A DNA stretch of 64,000 bases from Bacteroidia bacterium (GTDB taxonomy: Bacteria; Bacteroidota; Bacteroidia; UBA8524), in the NCBI GenBank assembly GCA_037968475.1, contig JBBKVO010000040.1, forward strand, positions 3,126-67,125, read 5' to 3'. Both the position numbers and the translations under genes were made by a program. Below are positions 1 through 9,853 of this stretch, one piece after another. The notes under the pieces were generated by a model. That model was not told where the DNA came from, searched no databases, and worked only from the letters and a program-made list of their open reading frames with translations. Position 1 is the first letter of the stretch; each line of letters opens with the position of its first letter.

Positions 1-1240
1 TGAAGTAATAAGAATGCCCAAAATGAGCGACACCATGGAAGAAGGTGTTATTGTGGAATGGCTTAAGAAAGAGGGAGATACCGTTAAATCAGGCGATATA
101 TTAGCAGAAGTAGAAACCGACAAAGCCACAATGGAGTTGGAAAACTACGTTAAAGGTACACTACTGCATATTGGTGTACAAAAAGGTGATGCCGTACCTG
201 TAGATGGTATTATAGCTATAGTTGGCGAACCCGGTGAAGATATAAAAGCACTTTTGGCAGAGGCATCTACCAAAAAAGAAGCGCCAAAAGAAGAAGTTGC
301 CGAAAGCAGTGCGCCTGCACCACAAGCCACTCCATCTGCACCCGCAGCACCTGTCGCAAATAATAACAAAGTTGCCGTTACTACTGATGATGGCCGTATA
401 AAAGCCTCTCCCCTTGCCCGCAAAATGGCCGAGGATAAAGGTTTAAACATTGCAAGCATACACGGTTCTGGCGAAAATGGCCGTATAGTGCGCCGCGATA
501 TAGAAAACTATAAAGAAAGCGCAGCCTCAGTGCCAGCAGCACCCGTATATACAGGGCAAGAAAGTTTTACAGAAGTTCCTGTGAGCCAAATGCGCAAAAC
601 TATTGCCCGCCGATTGGCCGATAGTAAATTTACCGCACCTCACTTCTACCTTACCATGGAAATAAACATGGATAAAGCAGTAGAAGCCCGTGGAGCAATG
701 AACGAATATTCACCCGTGAAATTATCGTATAACGATATGGTGATAAAAGCCGCAGCCATTGCACTACGTCAGCACCCCCAAGTAAACTCATCGTGGATGG
801 GAGATAAAATACGCACCAATCAACATATACACGTTGGTGTAGCCGTAGCGGTTGATGATGGACTTTTAGTTCCTGTTGTTCGCTTTGCCGATAACAAGAC
901 CCTCTCACAAATTAGTGCTGAGGTGAAAGACCTTGCCGATAGAGCAAAAACCAAAAAACTACAACCTGCTGAGTGGGAAGGCAATACCTTTTCAATTAGC
1001 AATTTGGGTATGTATGGTATTGATGAATTTACAGCCATTATCAACCCACCAAATGCTTGTATACTTGCTATTGGCGGCATGAAAGAAACCGTAATAGTGA
1101 AAAACGGCGAGATGCGCCCGGGTCATATAATGAAAGTTACCCTAAGCTGCGACCATCGCGTAGTAGATGGCGTAGTAGGTTCAAAATTCTTACAAACCTT
1201 TAAAAACTTGCTTGAAGAACCTGTACGTTTATTGGTATAA
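1..1240 (+). CDS. pdhC: Pyruvate dehydrogenase E2, dihydrolipoamide acetyltransferase (first few codons upstream of window)
   Basis: Lipoyl motif AEVETDKAT, E3-binding ASPLARKMA, catalytic DHRVVDG. The frame is open to the window edge (EVIR before MPKM), so the true start lies just outside. Confidence 0.95.
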   Translation, partial: EVIRMPKMSDTMEEGVIVEWLKKEGDTVKSGDILAEVETDKATMELENYVKGTLLHIGVQKGDAVPVDGIIAIVGEPGEDIKALLAEASTKKEAPKEEVAESSAPAPQATPSAPAAPVANNNKVAVTTDDGRIKASPLARKMAEDKGLNIASIHGSGENGRIVRRDIENYKESAASVPAAPVYTGQESFTEVPVSQMRKTIARRLADSKFTAPHFYLTMEINMDKAVEARGAMNEYSPVKLSYNDMVIKAAAIALRQHPQVNSSWMGDKIRTNQHIHVGVAVAVDDGLLVPVVRFADNKTLSQISAEVKDLADRAKTKKLQPAEWEGNTFSISNLGMYGIDEFTAIINPPNACILAIGGMKETVIVKNGEMRPGHIMKVTLSCDHRVVDGVVGSKFLQTFKNLLEEPVRLLV

Positions 1241-1371
1241 AAAGTTTTCGACGAAAAAAATACCCGTAAACATCCTGATAGTCAGGTAAATACGAAAAAC
1301 AGCTCAGATATTCCATTCACTATTTAGTGTTATGTGATGTATTTGAGCTATTTTTTTGCTCACAAAATCAT

Positions 1372-4300
1372 ATGAAAAATTCTTTATTTATTGCTTTCCT
1401 CTTATTTTTTAGCATTTCTGCTTTTGCACAATCTGACGCTAATACATTTGTTTTTTTAGAAAATAAAGGACAAATAACTGACAGTTTAGGGAACCCTTGT
1501 GAAAACATACTTTTTACAACACAAAAGGGTGATGTTAAAATGCTACTAAGCAAAACAGGCATACACTATTTATGGAATAGATATTATAACGTGCCTAGCA
1601 ACAGCCCCAAAGAAAATATAAAAGCATATAAAGAAGAATTACAAAATATTACAAAAGAAACATACAGGCTAAATGTAGAACTGGTAGACGCAAATCCTAA
1701 TCCAATAATACAAAAATTAAATCCCTCTTCAGAATATATTAATTATTATAACGGATTTAACAATGGCATCACAAATATTAAACAATATTCAAAAATTGTA
1801 TATAAAGATGTTTACGAAGGAATAGATTGGGTTTGGTACGATAATAATGGCACAATAAAATATGATTTTATTGTGCACGCGGGTGCTGATTATAGAAAAA
1901 TTAAATTCAAAGTTTCGGGTGCCACAAAAAATGAAATTACCAAAACAGGGGGATTAAAAATACAAACTCCCTTTGGTGAAATAAACGAAGCCCCTCCTAT
2001 TTCTTTTCTTGGCAAAGAACAAATACCCACATATTTTTCTATGGAGGGCGATGTAGTATCGTTTAGAATAGAAGAAAATATTGGAAATAAAACCCTTATA
2101 ATAGACCCTGTGTTAATTTGGAGCACTTATTATGGAGGAAGCGACTACGATAAGGCAAATGGCGTTGCTGTATCAAATACCGATGATGTTTTTTTAGTCG
2201 GGCTTACAGATAGCGACAATAATATTTTTTTTAACGGGCATCAAAATAAGACAACCAACTTTAAACGCAGCAGCTTTGTAGCTAAGTTTGATCAATATGG
2301 AAAGAGAATATGGGCTACTTATTTTGGAGGTTATGATTTATCAGGTACAGGAAGATGTTTTGCTTCATCAGTAGCTGTTGATGATTTGGGCAATGCGTAT
2401 GTTGTTGGCAATACAAACGTTGCCGATTCTATAGCTAAAAGCGGCCATCAAAATACATTAGGCGGTAAAGACGATGCTTATTTGGCCAAATTCTCGGCCT
2501 CGGGTAGTTTACTTTGGGCAACCTATTATGGAGGCACTGAGGATGAAGATGGAGTTTGTGTTAAAGTTACCTCAAATAAGGTTCTTTTAGGAGGAAATAC
2601 TCGTAGTTCTAATGCTATTGCTAAAACAAATGGAACGCTAAATAGCCTTCAAGGCGGCCAAGATGTTTTTTTAGCAGCATTTGATACAGCCGGCACAAGG
2701 CAATGGGGAGTGTACTACGGCGGGCCGAATAATGAAAGTTTAAGCGATTTTGACCTAGACGCAAAAAATGATGTCGCTTTTACGGGTTCAACAAATAGCT
2801 ACACCGGTATTTTCAAACTGGGTTCAGCCACATATGGGGGCGGTATAAGTGATGCCTTTGTAGCAAAACTTCTTGGGGGAGATAACCTTAATTGGGGAAC
2901 ATATTTTGGTAGCACAGGTGATGACAATGGGGTAAGTATAGTTGTTGACAAAGTTAGTTATGCTATTTTTTTACTTGGAAAAACCCATTTATCAACAACT
3001 AAAATTGCCTCAACAGGCAGCCATAAACCTAATTTAACAGGGCAATCAGACGCTTTTTTAGTAAAATTTAACCCTGGGGGCTTAAGAGTATGGAGTACTT
3101 ATGTTGGTGGCGATAATGAAGAAGAAGCTGCCAGTATTGCTATAAACTCTAACAACGACATTTTTATTGCAGGAACAACTTCAAGTACGAATGGAATATT
3201 TTTAAACGGCATGAAGCAAAAATCGGCAGCTGAATGGGATATCTTTATTTGCAAATTTGATAAAGACGGAGTGCAAAAATGGGGCACATATTATGGTGAT
3301 TCTGCATCAAACGCTGTATCTAGTTTAAAAACTACACCTAGCAATATGCTTTATTTTGCAGGTGTTACAAATTCAAAAACCTCATACGGAAGAGGCGGTC
3401 ACCAAAACTCTTTTGGTGGTGGCTTGGCCGATGCATTTTTAAGTAAAATATCTGACACTGCTTTATTTCCACTTTTTTCAAACGTTGGCCCATTTTGCGG
3501 AGAGCTAGACTATGATCACATAGTAAAAAAACCATCAAGCTTGTTTGAAGTAAAATGGTATCAAAAACAAACAGACTCTATTCCCTTTTTTATTGGCGAT
3601 ACGTTAACTAGATTAATTGATAAAACCGATACTCTTTGGCTTTGTATACATTCTACTGAATACTCAAGCTCTAAAGAACCACTTATAACAACCATTTTGC
3701 CTTCACCAAAACTTAAATTTAGTGTAAGCGATACCATCATGTGTGAAAAAGGCAATCAATTTGTTTTTTCAGCACTAAATATAGATACCTTGGCTATATA
3801 TAAATGGGATTTTGGAGATGGCTTTCTTTCTTCAAAATTATTAGATACGCACAGGTATGTTAATCACGGCACCTTTGTTCCATCATTATCAGGTCGTTAC
3901 AAAACCGGCAGTTGCAATTCCACAAAATCTATAGTTCTTAAAGTTTTAGAAATCCCTACAGGCCAACAGATTACTGGTACTCGATCTGCGCCAGCAGGAT
4001 CTATAGAGGCCTACAACGCCAATAATGTAATTGGGTCAACTTACAAATGGATAATTACTGGGGGTAAGCAGTTAACAGGAGGAAACAGTTCTTCTATAAC
4101 AGTTCAATGGGATAGTACAGGAACCTCAGTAGGCGAAGTGAGGGTAGCAGAAATTAATAATCTTAACTGTGAAGGTTTTGAAGTAGCAATAAATATTTTC
4201 TTAAGTGGATTATCAACAAAAAATATATCTAAAAATTTTGTTGATGTTTACCCAAACCCCGCAAGTAACTTTCTTATTATCTCTTCCCCTTTAAGTAAAA

Positions 4301-4467
4301 TTGACTACATCTTATTTGATTTAACAGGGAGAGCCCTATACACAGGTGTAGTGCACGAAAACTCGAAAGAAGAGATTAATTTAAGTGAAATTTCTGCCGG
4401 CACTTATTATCTGAAATGCCAAACCGAAAGTGGTTTACAGAGCCTTAAAAAAGTTTTGGTCAAATAA
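1372..4467 (+). CDS. T9SS-sorted surface protein with SBBP/beta-propeller-type repeats and a PKD domain
   Basis: Signal peptide MKNSLFIAFLLFFSISAFA, FLENKGQ N-domain, many W(S/A/G)TY(Y/F)GG repeats, PKD WDFGDG, C-terminal VYPNPAS...GTYYLK sorting domain. Start moved to ATG 1372. Confidence 0.85.
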   Translation: MKNSLFIAFLLFFSISAFAQSDANTFVFLENKGQITDSLGNPCENILFTTQKGDVKMLLSKTGIHYLWNRYYNVPSNSPKENIKAYKEELQNITKETYRLNVELVDANPNPIIQKLNPSSEYINYYNGFNNGITNIKQYSKIVYKDVYEGIDWVWYDNNGTIKYDFIVHAGADYRKIKFKVSGATKNEITKTGGLKIQTPFGEINEAPPISFLGKEQIPTYFSMEGDVVSFRIEENIGNKTLIIDPVLIWSTYYGGSDYDKANGVAVSNTDDVFLVGLTDSDNNIFFNGHQNKTTNFKRSSFVAKFDQYGKRIWATYFGGYDLSGTGRCFASSVAVDDLGNAYVVGNTNVADSIAKSGHQNTLGGKDDAYLAKFSASGSLLWATYYGGTEDEDGVCVKVTSNKVLLGGNTRSSNAIAKTNGTLNSLQGGQDVFLAAFDTAGTRQWGVYYGGPNNESLSDFDLDAKNDVAFTGSTNSYTGIFKLGSATYGGGISDAFVAKLLGGDNLNWGTYFGSTGDDNGVSIVVDKVSYAIFLLGKTHLSTTKIASTGSHKPNLTGQSDAFLVKFNPGGLRVWSTYVGGDNEEEAASIAINSNNDIFIAGTTSSTNGIFLNGMKQKSAAEWDIFICKFDKDGVQKWGTYYGDSASNAVSSLKTTPSNMLYFAGVTNSKTSYGRGGHQNSFGGGLADAFLSKISDTALFPLFSNVGPFCGELDYDHIVKKPSSLFEVKWYQKQTDSIPFFIGDTLTRLIDKTDTLWLCIHSTEYSSSKEPLITTILPSPKLKFSVSDTIMCEKGNQFVFSALNIDTLAIYKWDFGDGFLSSKLLDTHRYVNHGTFVPSLSGRYKTGSCNSTKSIVLKVLEIPTGQQITGTRSAPAGSIEAYNANNVIGSTYKWIITGGKQLTGGNSSSITVQWDSTGTSVGEVRVAEINNLNCEGFEVAINIFLSGLSTKNISKNFVDVYPNPASNFLIISSPLSKIDYILFDLTGRALYTGVVHENSKEEINLSEISAGTYYLKCQTESGLQSLKKVLVK

Positions 4468-4649
4468 TCATTTTATCTTCATGTTAAAAAACAGCTTGCA
4501 CAATACATGTTAAGCCTGTATTATTGCAATAGGATAATCTATCCTGCTTTGTCGTTTATCAATTTTTATAAACCCAAACTTTTTACAACTTTTTTTGAGA
4601 AACGAACTGAACCTATAGCGTTCTAAATAATACTTTGTAAACACACCAC

Positions 4650-6386
4650 ATGTACGACATCCTGACGTTGAACGATTTGCTCTTATCTGAGCTTAGAGAA
4701 ATAGCCCGTAAATTTAATATCAAAGGCTACGAACAATTAAAAAAACAAGACCTTATATATAAAGTGCTTGAGCATCAAGCGGTGAGCACACCTGCCCAAG
4801 AAGACGATGATGATAAACCCCGCCGAGGTCGTAAAAAACCAGAGAAAAGGGAAGAAAAGGTAGAGGTGAAGGCAGAAGTGAGAACAACCCCTAAAGCTGA
4901 AGTAAAAACTCAACCCAAAGTGGAAGTGAAAACCGAAGCAAAACAAGAAGTTGTTGCAGAGAAGAACTCGGATCTTAAAAAACGTGGACGTAAGAAAAGA
5001 GACGACGACGAAAACGACAATACTAACGAAAGAGAGCCCCAAGAAACCCGCCAAAGGCCTGAACCTAGGGTAAAAGCTGAAACACCAAGAAAAGAGCCTG
5101 AAGATACTGCTCTGACAGATATACTTAGCGACCCCGCTCTTACATCAGAAGAAGAAGTAGCACCAGCGCCTGAAAAGCCCAACCATCAACACAAACAACG
5201 CAACCAACGTAACGACGATAGAAACCGCCACAGTCCTGCTGTTGATGCGTTTATAAACTATGCCGAAGTTGAAGGTGTTGTTAGTTCGCAAGGTGTGCTT
5301 GAAATAGTGCAAGATGGTGGTTACGGTTTCCTACGCTCTAGCGATTACAACTATATGCCATCGCCCGATGATGTATATGTATCACCATCACAAGTAAAGT
5401 CATTAGGGTTAAAAACAGGCGATACCATTAAAGGTACTGTGCGCCCACCCAAAGAAGGCGAAAAATATTTTGCCCTTATAAAAGTAGAAAAAATTAACGG
5501 TAAAGAACCTGCCGATGTTCGCGACCGTGTAGGCTTTGAACACCTTACTCCGCTTTTCCCTGATGAGAAGCTAAACTTGGTGTACGATGCAAAAAACTAC
5601 AGCACACGTATTATAGATTTAATCTCGCCTATTGGTAAAGGTCAACGTGGTTTGATAGTGGCACAACCTAAAACGGGTAAAACCACTTTATTAAAAGATA
5701 TTGCTAATGCTATAGCCGCCAATCACCCAGAGGTATACCTTATTGTGCTTTTGATTGACGAACGCCCTGAAGAGGTTACCGATATGGCACGTAGCGTACG
5801 TGGCGAAGTAATAAGCAGCACATTTGATGAGCCTGCTGAAAAACACGTAAAACTAGCCAACATAGTGCTTGAAAAAGCAAAACGTATGGTTGAGTGCGGA
5901 CACGATGTGGTGATAGTGTTAGATTCTATTACTCGTTTAGCACGTGCATACAATACGGTACAACCTGCATCGGGTAAAATACTTTCGGGTGGTGTTGATG
6001 CTAATGCACTGCACAAACCCAAACGCTTTTTTGGTGCTGCCCGTAAAATAGAAAACGGAGGCTCGCTTACCATTATAGCTACTGCCTTGATAGATACAGG
6101 TAGTAAAATGGATGAGGTGATTTTTGAAGAGTTTAAAGGTACGGGTAACATGGAGTTACAACTAGACCGTAAACTATCGAACAAACGTATTTACCCTGCT
6201 ATTGATATACTTTCATCGAGCACCCGCCGCGAGGATTTGCTGCTTGATAAAGCTGTATTGCAAAAAATATGGGTATTGCGCAACCACCTTGCCGATATGA
6301 ACCCCGAAGAGGCTATGAATACCTTGCTTAAATATATGCACGGCACACGTACCCACGAAGAATTCCTTATTTCGATGAACGGATAG
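4650..6386 (+). CDS. rho: Transcription termination factor Rho with long N-terminal low-complexity insert
   Basis: GYGFLR RNA-binding motif, PIGKGQR, Walker [36 protein letters not shown]. Confidence 0.98.
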   Translation: MYDILTLNDLLLSELREIARKFNIKGYEQLKKQDLIYKVLEHQAVSTPAQEDDDDKPRRGRKKPEKREEKVEVKAEVRTTPKAEVKTQPKVEVKTEAKQEVVAEKNSDLKKRGRKKRDDDENDNTNEREPQETRQRPEPRVKAETPRKEPEDTALTDILSDPALTSEEEVAPAPEKPNHQHKQRNQRNDDRNRHSPAVDAFINYAEVEGVVSSQGVLEIVQDGGYGFLRSSDYNYMPSPDDVYVSPSQVKSLGLKTGDTIKGTVRPPKEGEKYFALIKVEKINGKEPADVRDRVGFEHLTPLFPDEKLNLVYDAKNYSTRIIDLISPIGKGQRGLIVAQPKTGKTTLLKDIANAIAANHPEVYLIVLLIDERPEEVTDMARSVRGEVISSTFDEPAEKHVKLANIVLEKAKRMVECGHDVVIVLDSITRLARAYNTVQPASGKILSGGVDANALHKPKRFFGAARKIENGGSLTIIATALIDTGSKMDEVIFEEFKGTGNMELQLDRKLSNKRIYPAIDILSSSTRREDLLLDKAVLQKIWVLRNHLADMNPEEAMNTLLKYMHGTRTHEEFLISMNG

Positions 6387-6422
6387 TAAGTTTATCTGTT
6401 TGATAATCAAAAAACTATAACG

Positions 6423-6446
6423 AAGGGGCTTAATAGCCCCTTTTTT
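6423..6446 (+). terminator. Intrinsic terminator after rho
   Basis: AAGGGGCT-TAAT-AGCCCCTT hairpin running into a T tract. Confidence 0.8.
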
Positions 6447-6492
6447 GTTGCCTGCAATTAGCGTAGTTTCAACCCAAAATGGATATTTGTTG

Positions 6493-7056
6493 ATGTCGAA
6501 AGCATTTGTTTTAGTTTGGATTGTTTTTTTGATACAAGGTTGTTGCCAGCCTGATGAAAAAATTGAAGATCCTTGCGGGCAAGCCTGCTTACTTGATGAA
6601 AAATGCGATAATGGCAGGTGTGTTTGTGAGAATGATGGAATAAGAATTGGTAATCGCTGCATTGAAGTAACCGATAGAATTTACTATGCAAAAACCACTA
6701 ATTGTAATTGTATTGATGAAATTCTTTTAAATGTATTTAAGCAGAATCAATCAGAACAGTTCACCTATGTGGGTGCAAATATCAATTTCTCCAAAGATTA
6801 TTCTTATATCCCTTCATGGGGGCACTATTACAATGATTTTAATGGAGTTGGATATGATAGTATAGTATTATTTGATATTGTTAGACCTCGTTGTGAAATT
6901 AACGGCAAAGCATACTCTGCTTTATTAGCGGGTAGATTTGTGGGGCAAGACAGCATTGATGCTTGGATAAAATGGTATGAGCCTGTCGCTTTTCCAAATC
7001 CTTTACCCCCAATAGTTGATAGCTGCCATCTATATTTGGTTAAGCCAAAATTGTAA
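6493..7056 (+). CDS. Cys-rich (EGF-like N-module) putative lipoprotein, paralog 1 of 3
   Basis: Hydrophobic leader with IQG-C lipobox-like site and 12 Cys conserved in all three copies. Start moved to ATG 6493. Confidence 0.75.
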   Translation: MSKAFVLVWIVFLIQGCCQPDEKIEDPCGQACLLDEKCDNGRCVCENDGIRIGNRCIEVTDRIYYAKTTNCNCIDEILLNVFKQNQSEQFTYVGANINFSKDYSYIPSWGHYYNDFNGVGYDSIVLFDIVRPRCEINGKAYSALLAGRFVGQDSIDAWIKWYEPVAFPNPLPPIVDSCHLYLVKPKL

Positions 7057-7057
7057 C

Positions 7058-7627
7058 ATGAAGCATATAGGGTTCAATATATTTTTTCTTCTGATAGCTG
7101 TTTTTTTGTTAATACAAGGTTGCTGCCAACCCGATGAAAAAATAGAAGATCCTTGCGGACAAGCCTGTCCCCCATTTCTTAAGTGCGATAACGGGAAATG
7201 TGTTTGTGATGCAGGTAAATTAAAAGTTGGAGATTATTGTGTGCCTATTTCTAATTACGATTATTATGCAAAAATTAAGGGGTGCAACTGCATAACAGAA
7301 ATTTTACTTACAGCACACAAGCAGAATTTTAATTCTATATACGATTATGATGTTGTTTTAGGCTTTAACTCGGGCTATTGGGAAAATGCTTTCTATTCGA
7401 ACTACTTTCATAATCCTAATGGACAAGATAGTATTGTTTTGTTTGATATTATTAGTCCCTTATGTAAAATAGGAGGTAAAAGTTATTCTGCCTTGTTAGC
7501 AGGTAAGTTTGTTGGGCAAGACAGTATTGATGCGTGGATAAAATGGTATCCACCTGTTGCTTTCCCCGATTCTATACCACCCATAGTAGATAGTTGCCAT
7601 TTATATTTAGTCAAGCCAAAATTGTAA
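7058..7627 (+). CDS. Cys-rich putative lipoprotein, paralog 2 of 3
   Basis: ATG 1 bp after the paralog 1 stop. Same IQGCCQPDEKIEDPCGQAC and GQDSIDAWIKWY motifs. Confidence 0.8.
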   Translation: MKHIGFNIFFLLIAVFLLIQGCCQPDEKIEDPCGQACPPFLKCDNGKCVCDAGKLKVGDYCVPISNYDYYAKIKGCNCITEILLTAHKQNFNSIYDYDVVLGFNSGYWENAFYSNYFHNPNGQDSIVLFDIISPLCKIGGKSYSALLAGKFVGQDSIDAWIKWYPPVAFPDSIPPIVDSCHLYLVKPKL

Positions 7628-7628
7628 T

Positions 7629-8204
7629 ATGGAGCATATAGGGTTCAATATCTTTTTTCTTCTGGTAGCTGTTTTTTTGTTAATACAAGGGTGTTGCCAA
7701 TCCGATGAAAAAATAGAAGACCCTTGTGGGCAAGCGTGTTTATTTGATGAAAAATGCGATAATGGCAGGTGCGTATGTGCAAATGGAGGGATAAAAATGG
7801 GAGATTATTGTGTTGAAATAACCGACAAGCACTATTATGCAAAAACAAATGGTTGCAATTGCATTAATGAAATTTTAGTCCATATGTTTAGACAAAATCA
7901 AACCATATTAGGTACTTATAGTGCAAACATGAATTTCTCACTAGGGTACTCTGATAATTCTGATTATGGCTACTATTATAAAGATTTTAATGGTAGCGGT
8001 TATGACAGTATTGTTTTATTAGATATTATTAGACCTCGTTGTGAAATTAACGGCAAAGCATACTCTGCCTTATTAGCGGGTAGATTAATGGGACAAGACA
8101 GTATAGATGCATGGATAAAATGGTATCCTTCAACTGATTTCCCTGACCCTTTACCTCCAATGGTTGATAGTTGTCATTTTTATTTAGTGAGACCTAAACG
8201 TTAA
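7629..8204 (+). CDS. Cys-rich putative lipoprotein, paralog 3 of 3
   Basis: ATG 1 bp after the paralog 2 stop, with the same conserved motifs. Confidence 0.8.
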   Translation: MEHIGFNIFFLLVAVFLLIQGCCQSDEKIEDPCGQACLFDEKCDNGRCVCANGGIKMGDYCVEITDKHYYAKTNGCNCINEILVHMFRQNQTILGTYSANMNFSLGYSDNSDYGYYYKDFNGSGYDSIVLLDIIRPRCEINGKAYSALLAGRLMGQDSIDAWIKWYPSTDFPDPLPPMVDSCHFYLVRPKR

Positions 8205-8213
8205 GAATACAGA

Positions 8214-9026
8214 ATGCAAAAAACACTTATAATTGTCTTTTTACTTATTTGTTGCTTTACTGCTAACGGACAGTTACTGCTTAGCTTTCAGTTGGGCAAA
8301 AGCATTTCGTTTTCGCAACGCACAGGCGGAGTAAATGACGCTGATATCATTAAAGTTGTTCCTTTTTATGATAATACATTGGCTTTAGGTGTTGGGTATA
8401 AAATCAACCAAAAAACGACGCTAATGTATAACCTAGCATTTAACAGCCACGGTTGGGAAGTTAAAATGCGTGAAGCAGGAGCAACATCATACAAAAGCAG
8501 CAAAAACGAATTTAGTTTTGAATACAACAAAACCAGATGGCTATACGAGAACAAAATAGGCATATTATACACTGCTTGGCAAAAGGGAAATTATAAAGTA
8601 AATATATCAGGCGGTGTAGGAATATATTGCACCAGATGCTCATCAAAAGGGTGGACGGGCGAACGCAGGATATACACCACATCAACATTAGACACCACAA
8701 ATGCCGATAGCTATATTTTGGTAAACAAAAGAGACGCAAAAATGTACACCTTTTTTAATACTATGGTATATGCAGGAGGTGAGTTCTCTTATCAACTTAA
8801 AAAATCAGAACTAGGCTTATTTTGTGAGATTGAAACTGCTTTTGGAAAAAACTTTGAGCATACCGTTACTTTTAAAAGGGGACAAGAAACGGGTAGCATT
8901 TCTATTAAAAACAGTGGGCTTTCACTTAGGGTAGGATTGTTTTTCCGCCCCAACTTAAATCTTAGTTTTGTTAAACCGAAACCGAAAACACCCGCTCAAA
9001 CACCTCACCCGCAGCAAGGGCAATAA
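8214..9026 (+). CDS. Putative outer-membrane beta-barrel protein
   Basis: Signal peptide and amphipathic beta-strand patterns (LALGVGYK, VYAGGEFSY, LSLRVGLFF). The 3' end overlaps the convergent gene by 56 bp. Confidence 0.6.
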   Translation: MQKTLIIVFLLICCFTANGQLLLSFQLGKSISFSQRTGGVNDADIIKVVPFYDNTLALGVGYKINQKTTLMYNLAFNSHGWEVKMREAGATSYKSSKNEFSFEYNKTRWLYENKIGILYTAWQKGNYKVNISGGVGIYCTRCSSKGWTGERRIYTTSTLDTTNADSYILVNKRDAKMYTFFNTMVYAGGEFSYQLKKSELGLFCEIETAFGKNFEHTVTFKRGQETGSISIKNSGLSLRVGLFFRPNLNLSFVKPKPKTPAQTPHPQQGQ

Positions 9027-9828
9027 CACCTTCTTTGTCTTTAAACTCCCCTTTAAAATTGGCATTATCGGCTAGGCCGCACCAAGGCTCAAGGCAAATA
9101 AATTGCTCGCAGTTGGGTTTTGTCCAAATACCAAAATAAGGAAAACCTTCAAAATCCATTTTCACAGTATAATCGCCTGTTTTGCTTTTTAGTGCCATCC
9201 AGTTTGATTGCATATTTTTAAATACAATGGCATCTTTTTCAAATAGCTGGGTTTGTAACTCCAATCTGTTGCTATTTTTCACAACTTCCTCCGTTTCACC
9301 TGAAAATAAGTTATCGACCAACAAGTGTCGATGAAGAGTTTCGGGTCGTTCAAACTCAATATAATAATCGGTAATATTAGCCGTAGGCAAATTAAATGCA
9401 GGGTGTGCCCCCACTGAAAAATATAGGGTATTAATTCCCAAATTTTCAGCAATAAAAAAAGTGTGTATTTTTTTTCCTTCTAAAGTATACTTAACCGAAA
9501 ATTTAAAATCAAACGGAAATACTTTTTTAGTTTCAGCAGTACTTTCCAGTGTAAAAGTTGCACTGTTTTCACTTTGTTGAGTAACCGTAAACATACTGTC
9601 TCGGGCAAAGCCGTGTCGGTTTAGGGCATATTGTTCGCCATTTACAATAATGGTGTTGTTTTTTACTTCGCCAACAATAGGAAAAAGAATGGGCGCACTT
9701 CGGTTCCAATAGGCAGAGTCGGCTTGCCAAATATATTCGGTATTGTTTTCTTTATTAATAAGGCTTTTCAATTCAGCCCCATAAGGGTTTATACTTGCTG
9801 ATACAAATTGATTGTTTAGGGTAATCAT
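8971..9828 (-). CDS. Aldose 1-epimerase family protein (LacX-like)
   Basis: GAELKS, APILFPIVG, RHGFARD, GAHPAF, FICLEPW motifs. Confidence 0.9.
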   Translation of the reverse strand: MITLNNQFVSASINPYGAELKSLINKENNTEYIWQADSAYWNRSAPILFPIVGEVKNNTIIVNGEQYALNRHGFARDSMFTVTQQSENSATFTLESTAETKKVFPFDFKFSVKYTLEGKKIHTFFIAENLGINTLYFSVGAHPAFNLPTANITDYYIEFERPETLHRHLLVDNLFSGETEEVVKNSNRLELQTQLFEKDAIVFKNMQSNWMALKSKTGDYTVKMDFEGFPYFGIWTKPNCEQFICLEPWCGLADNANFKGEFKDKEGVIALAAGEVFERVFSVSV

Positions 9829-9853
9829 ATCCCCAATATCACATTATTTTTTG

